Part shown: positions 60,914 through 64,000 of the stretch, in pieces
How the letters are laid out: every line of letters starts with the position of its first letter
Position numbering within the stretch: position 1 is the first letter of the stretch
Assembly (NCBI RefSeq): GCF_009914755.1
Contig: NC_060940.1
Strand: one strand, 5' to 3'
Source: the human T2T-CHM13v2.0 reference genome, Homo sapiens
DNA length: 64,000 nt
Program-made: the position numbers and the translations under genes
Notes under the pieces: model-generated
What the model was told of the DNA's origin: nothing
The model's database searches: none
What the model saw: only the letters and a program-made list of their open reading frames with translations

Positions 60914-62152
60914 TGAGGTGATCTGCCTGCCTCGGTCTCCGAAAGTGCTGGGATTACGGGCTTGAGCCACCATACCCAGCCAGAGATGATGAATTCTTTT
61001 ATGTTCTTGATTTATTTGGTTTTCTTAGGTGGTTTACTTGGCTGAGCTTACAGCCCAAATTCTGTCTCCCCTTTGATGGGCAGTAGCTGAAATCTCTTTG
61101 CTTTTTTTAGCCGTAACTGGGCTGCTTTGTGTCTGCTCTGTGCACGTGTGGTTTGGGGGAGGCCAGAGATGTGGGAAGATACTATATTCAGAATGTGGGG
61201 GGGCCCACGGTGATAGATTTCTATCCCTGGAGCTTTAGGCAAAAATCTTGTAAAGATGCAGACTTCACCCAGTCTTGTTCTGTTTTTCTAAGCGTTGTTT
61301 TCCAGTTCCTGCCAGTGCACTCAGATTATTGTTGTAAACATTTTACTTAGAATTTATACGAGGTTTGATCTGATACAGGTTTCCTGGTCATTACCAGAAG
61401 TGGAAATTCCTTTCTTGTCAATCTGTAGGAGTTCTTTGCATATATATATTTTTTGAGATGGAGTCTCGCTCTGTCTCCCAGGCTGGAGCTGGAGTTCAGT
61501 GGTGTGATCTCAGGTCACTGCAACCACTGCCTTCCTGCTTCAAGTGATTCTCCTGCCTCAGCCTCCCAAGTAGCTGGGATTACAGGCGCCCCCCACCACG
61601 CCTGGCTAATTTTTGTATTTTTAGCAGAGACGGAGTTTTGCGATGTTGGAGAGGCTGGTCTTGAACTCCTGACCTCAAGTGATCCACCTGCCTCAGATTC
61701 CCAAAGCTGGAATTACAGGCATGAACCACTGTGCCTGGCCCTTTGTATATTTTTACTACTAATCTTTTCTCCTGCATTGAAAATAATTTTTTCCGTGGTA
61801 ATCTTTTGTTTGTTGACTTTGTCTATTCTATCATTTTCCATACAAATATTTCCTTTTTTCTCTTTTGAAAAAAAATTTTTTATACATGTATTTTTCATTT
61901 TTAGGTCATCAGTTACATCTTTTTTTAAATACCTTCTAGGTTTGCAGATTTCACTAGGGAAGTCTCCTTGGTTCTTGATTGTTCATGTGTTTTGTGTTTT
62001 TTTTGCAATATTTTTTAATTGTTTAATTTTTTTGTATCCTTATTCCTTAGTCTGCAATGAATTTATTTTTGTATCTAGTATAAGATACAAGTTCAATTTT
62101 ATTTTTATTTTCTTTAGGTGGATAGCCCAGTTGTGCCAGCACTGTTAAACAC

Positions 62153-62193
<41 letters not shown>

Positions 62194-63673
62194 AGACTGG
62201 GCCTCGCTCCATTGCCCAGAGTAGAGTGCCATGGTGCAATTACAGCTCACTGGAGCCTTGACCTCCTGGGGCAAGTGATTCTCCCACCTCAGCCTCCTGA
62301 GTGTCTGGGACTATAGGCATGTGCCACTATACCTGGCTAATTTTTGTATTTTTTGTAGATACAGGGTTTTTCCATGTTGCCTAGGCTGGTCTCAAAGTCC
62401 TGGACTCGGTCTGTCCACCTTGGCCTCCCAAAGTGCTGGGATTATAGGCATGAGCCACCATACCCGGCCTTTGGCATATTTTAAAATTGGGTTGTTCGTT
62501 GTTTTTTTTCCCATGATTTCTAGGAGATTTTTATATATTTGTCTGTGACATGAATGGACAGTATTGGGAGTTTGTCATTTGTTTCCAGCTTTGTCTGATG
62601 TATATTTTATTGTACAGAGTTACTGATTTGTTTTGTTTTGAGTCAGAGTCTTGCCCTATGGCCCAGGCTGGAGTGCAGGTGCAGGATCTCGGCTAACTGC
62701 AACCTCCACCCTCCCAGGTTCAAGCTATTCTCCTGCCTCAGCCTCCCAAGTAGCTGGGATTACAGGCGCCCACTGCCACGCCTGGCTAATTTTTGTATTT
62801 TTAGCGGAGATGGGGTTTCACCATGTTGGCCAGGCTGGTATTTGATTTTTTTGTAGTCAGATTTCTTAGTCATAGTTAGAAGGGCCTTGTGCACTCCAAG
62901 GTTTATAAAGCAATTAGCCAAGTGTTTTCTTGTAGTATTTTTGTTTTTTCTTTCTTTTCTATTTTTATTTTTGTACTAAACGTGCATTGTTTTTGTTAAT
63001 ACAATTTGGCCAAATGCTGAATAGTTTAGTGTTAAAAATCGGATGAGGTAGAAGCCCAGTTCACCATTATAGAATCAATAAAGTTCTAGGTCACCAAAGT
63101 TTTATGTATTTATGTTTTGAGACAAGGTCTCTCTCTGTCGCCCCTGCTGGAGTGCAGTGGCACGATCACTTCAGCCTCCCCAGTAGCTGGGACTACAGTC
63201 ATGTGCCACCATGACTCACTAATTTGTGTATTCTTTGTAAAGACCGGGTTTCTCCATGTTGCCTAGGCTCCAAAGCTTTATTTTAAAGACTTGAAAATGT
63301 TACAATTTTGTGCAAGTTTAATAGTTATATTTAGAACGTTTGACAGTCTTCTCCAAGAACAAGAGTTTCTCAGCACCATCAGCTGTTTGATTGCTCTCAT
63401 GGTCCTTCTTCTATACGTCCCTCAAACGAAACTACTCACTTTTAACTGAGGACAGGCACTTTGTATAAGAATAACCTTGAAAAGTGTGCAGGACCTAATT
63501 GGAAGTAACTAAAAATTAAATACATTTCCTAAAGGTTACTTTGTTTCATATGAGTACTAAGATGCCAAAAAGTTTTACAAAAATTCAAATAGATTTAATC
63601 TAGTTTTACTCTTTTCATAAGTTTTTCATTTTATTTTATTTATTTATTTTTGAGACAGAGTCTTGCTCTGTAG

Positions 63674-63841
<168 letters not shown>

Positions 63842-64000
63842 TGACCTCAAGCGATCCACCACCTCGGCCTCCCAAAGTGCTGGGATTATAGCCGTTAGCT
63901 CTCACACCCAGTCCAACTTACACATTTTTTTTTTTTAAAGAGATGGGGTCACACAGTGTTTTCCAGGCTGGTCTCAAACTCCTGGATTCAAACAATCTTC

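Noticed and set aside
61453-62148. 231-aa hydrophobic ORF resembling a membrane protein
   Set aside because: Alu plus T-rich antisense old-L1 sequence gives Phe/Ile/Leu runs.

Overview
Vertebrate (human-like, extremely Alu-rich) genomic DNA that I recognise as the head-to-head MARF1 (KIAA0430/LKAP) - MIR484 - NDE1 locus (16p13.11 by recall). On the minus strand are MARF1 exons 1-13 (N-terminal region, NYN nuclease domain, two RRMs and the start of the LOTUS/OST-HTH repeats); the gene continues past the left edge. A CpG-island bidirectional promoter at ~23.5-24.7 kb holds the MARF1 start and the miR-484 hairpin. A second CpG island at ~30.8-31.5 kb holds the main NDE1 first exon, followed by NDE1 coding exons 2-4 on the plus strand; NDE1 continues past the right edge. 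All exon phases were checked by hand and join in frame. The rest is Alu/L1/MIR/L2/LTR/DNA-transposon sequence plus a 5S rRNA retro-pseudogene. I found no new protein-coding system. The most unusual sequence-level signals are: (i) a recurring set of short, locally templated copies (three inverted, one direct ending in a snap-back hairpin) taken from 0.45-0.8 kb away; (ii) an Alu-bounded ~1.9 kb tandem duplication in NDE1 intron 3; (iii) serial Alu insertions at identical target sites; (iv) a uAUG-dense MARF1 leader, a candidate 18-nt MARF1 microexon and a reconstituted 5' splice site at the MARF1 exon 5/6 junction. Repeat boundaries are approximate and family names are from memory of consensus sequences.
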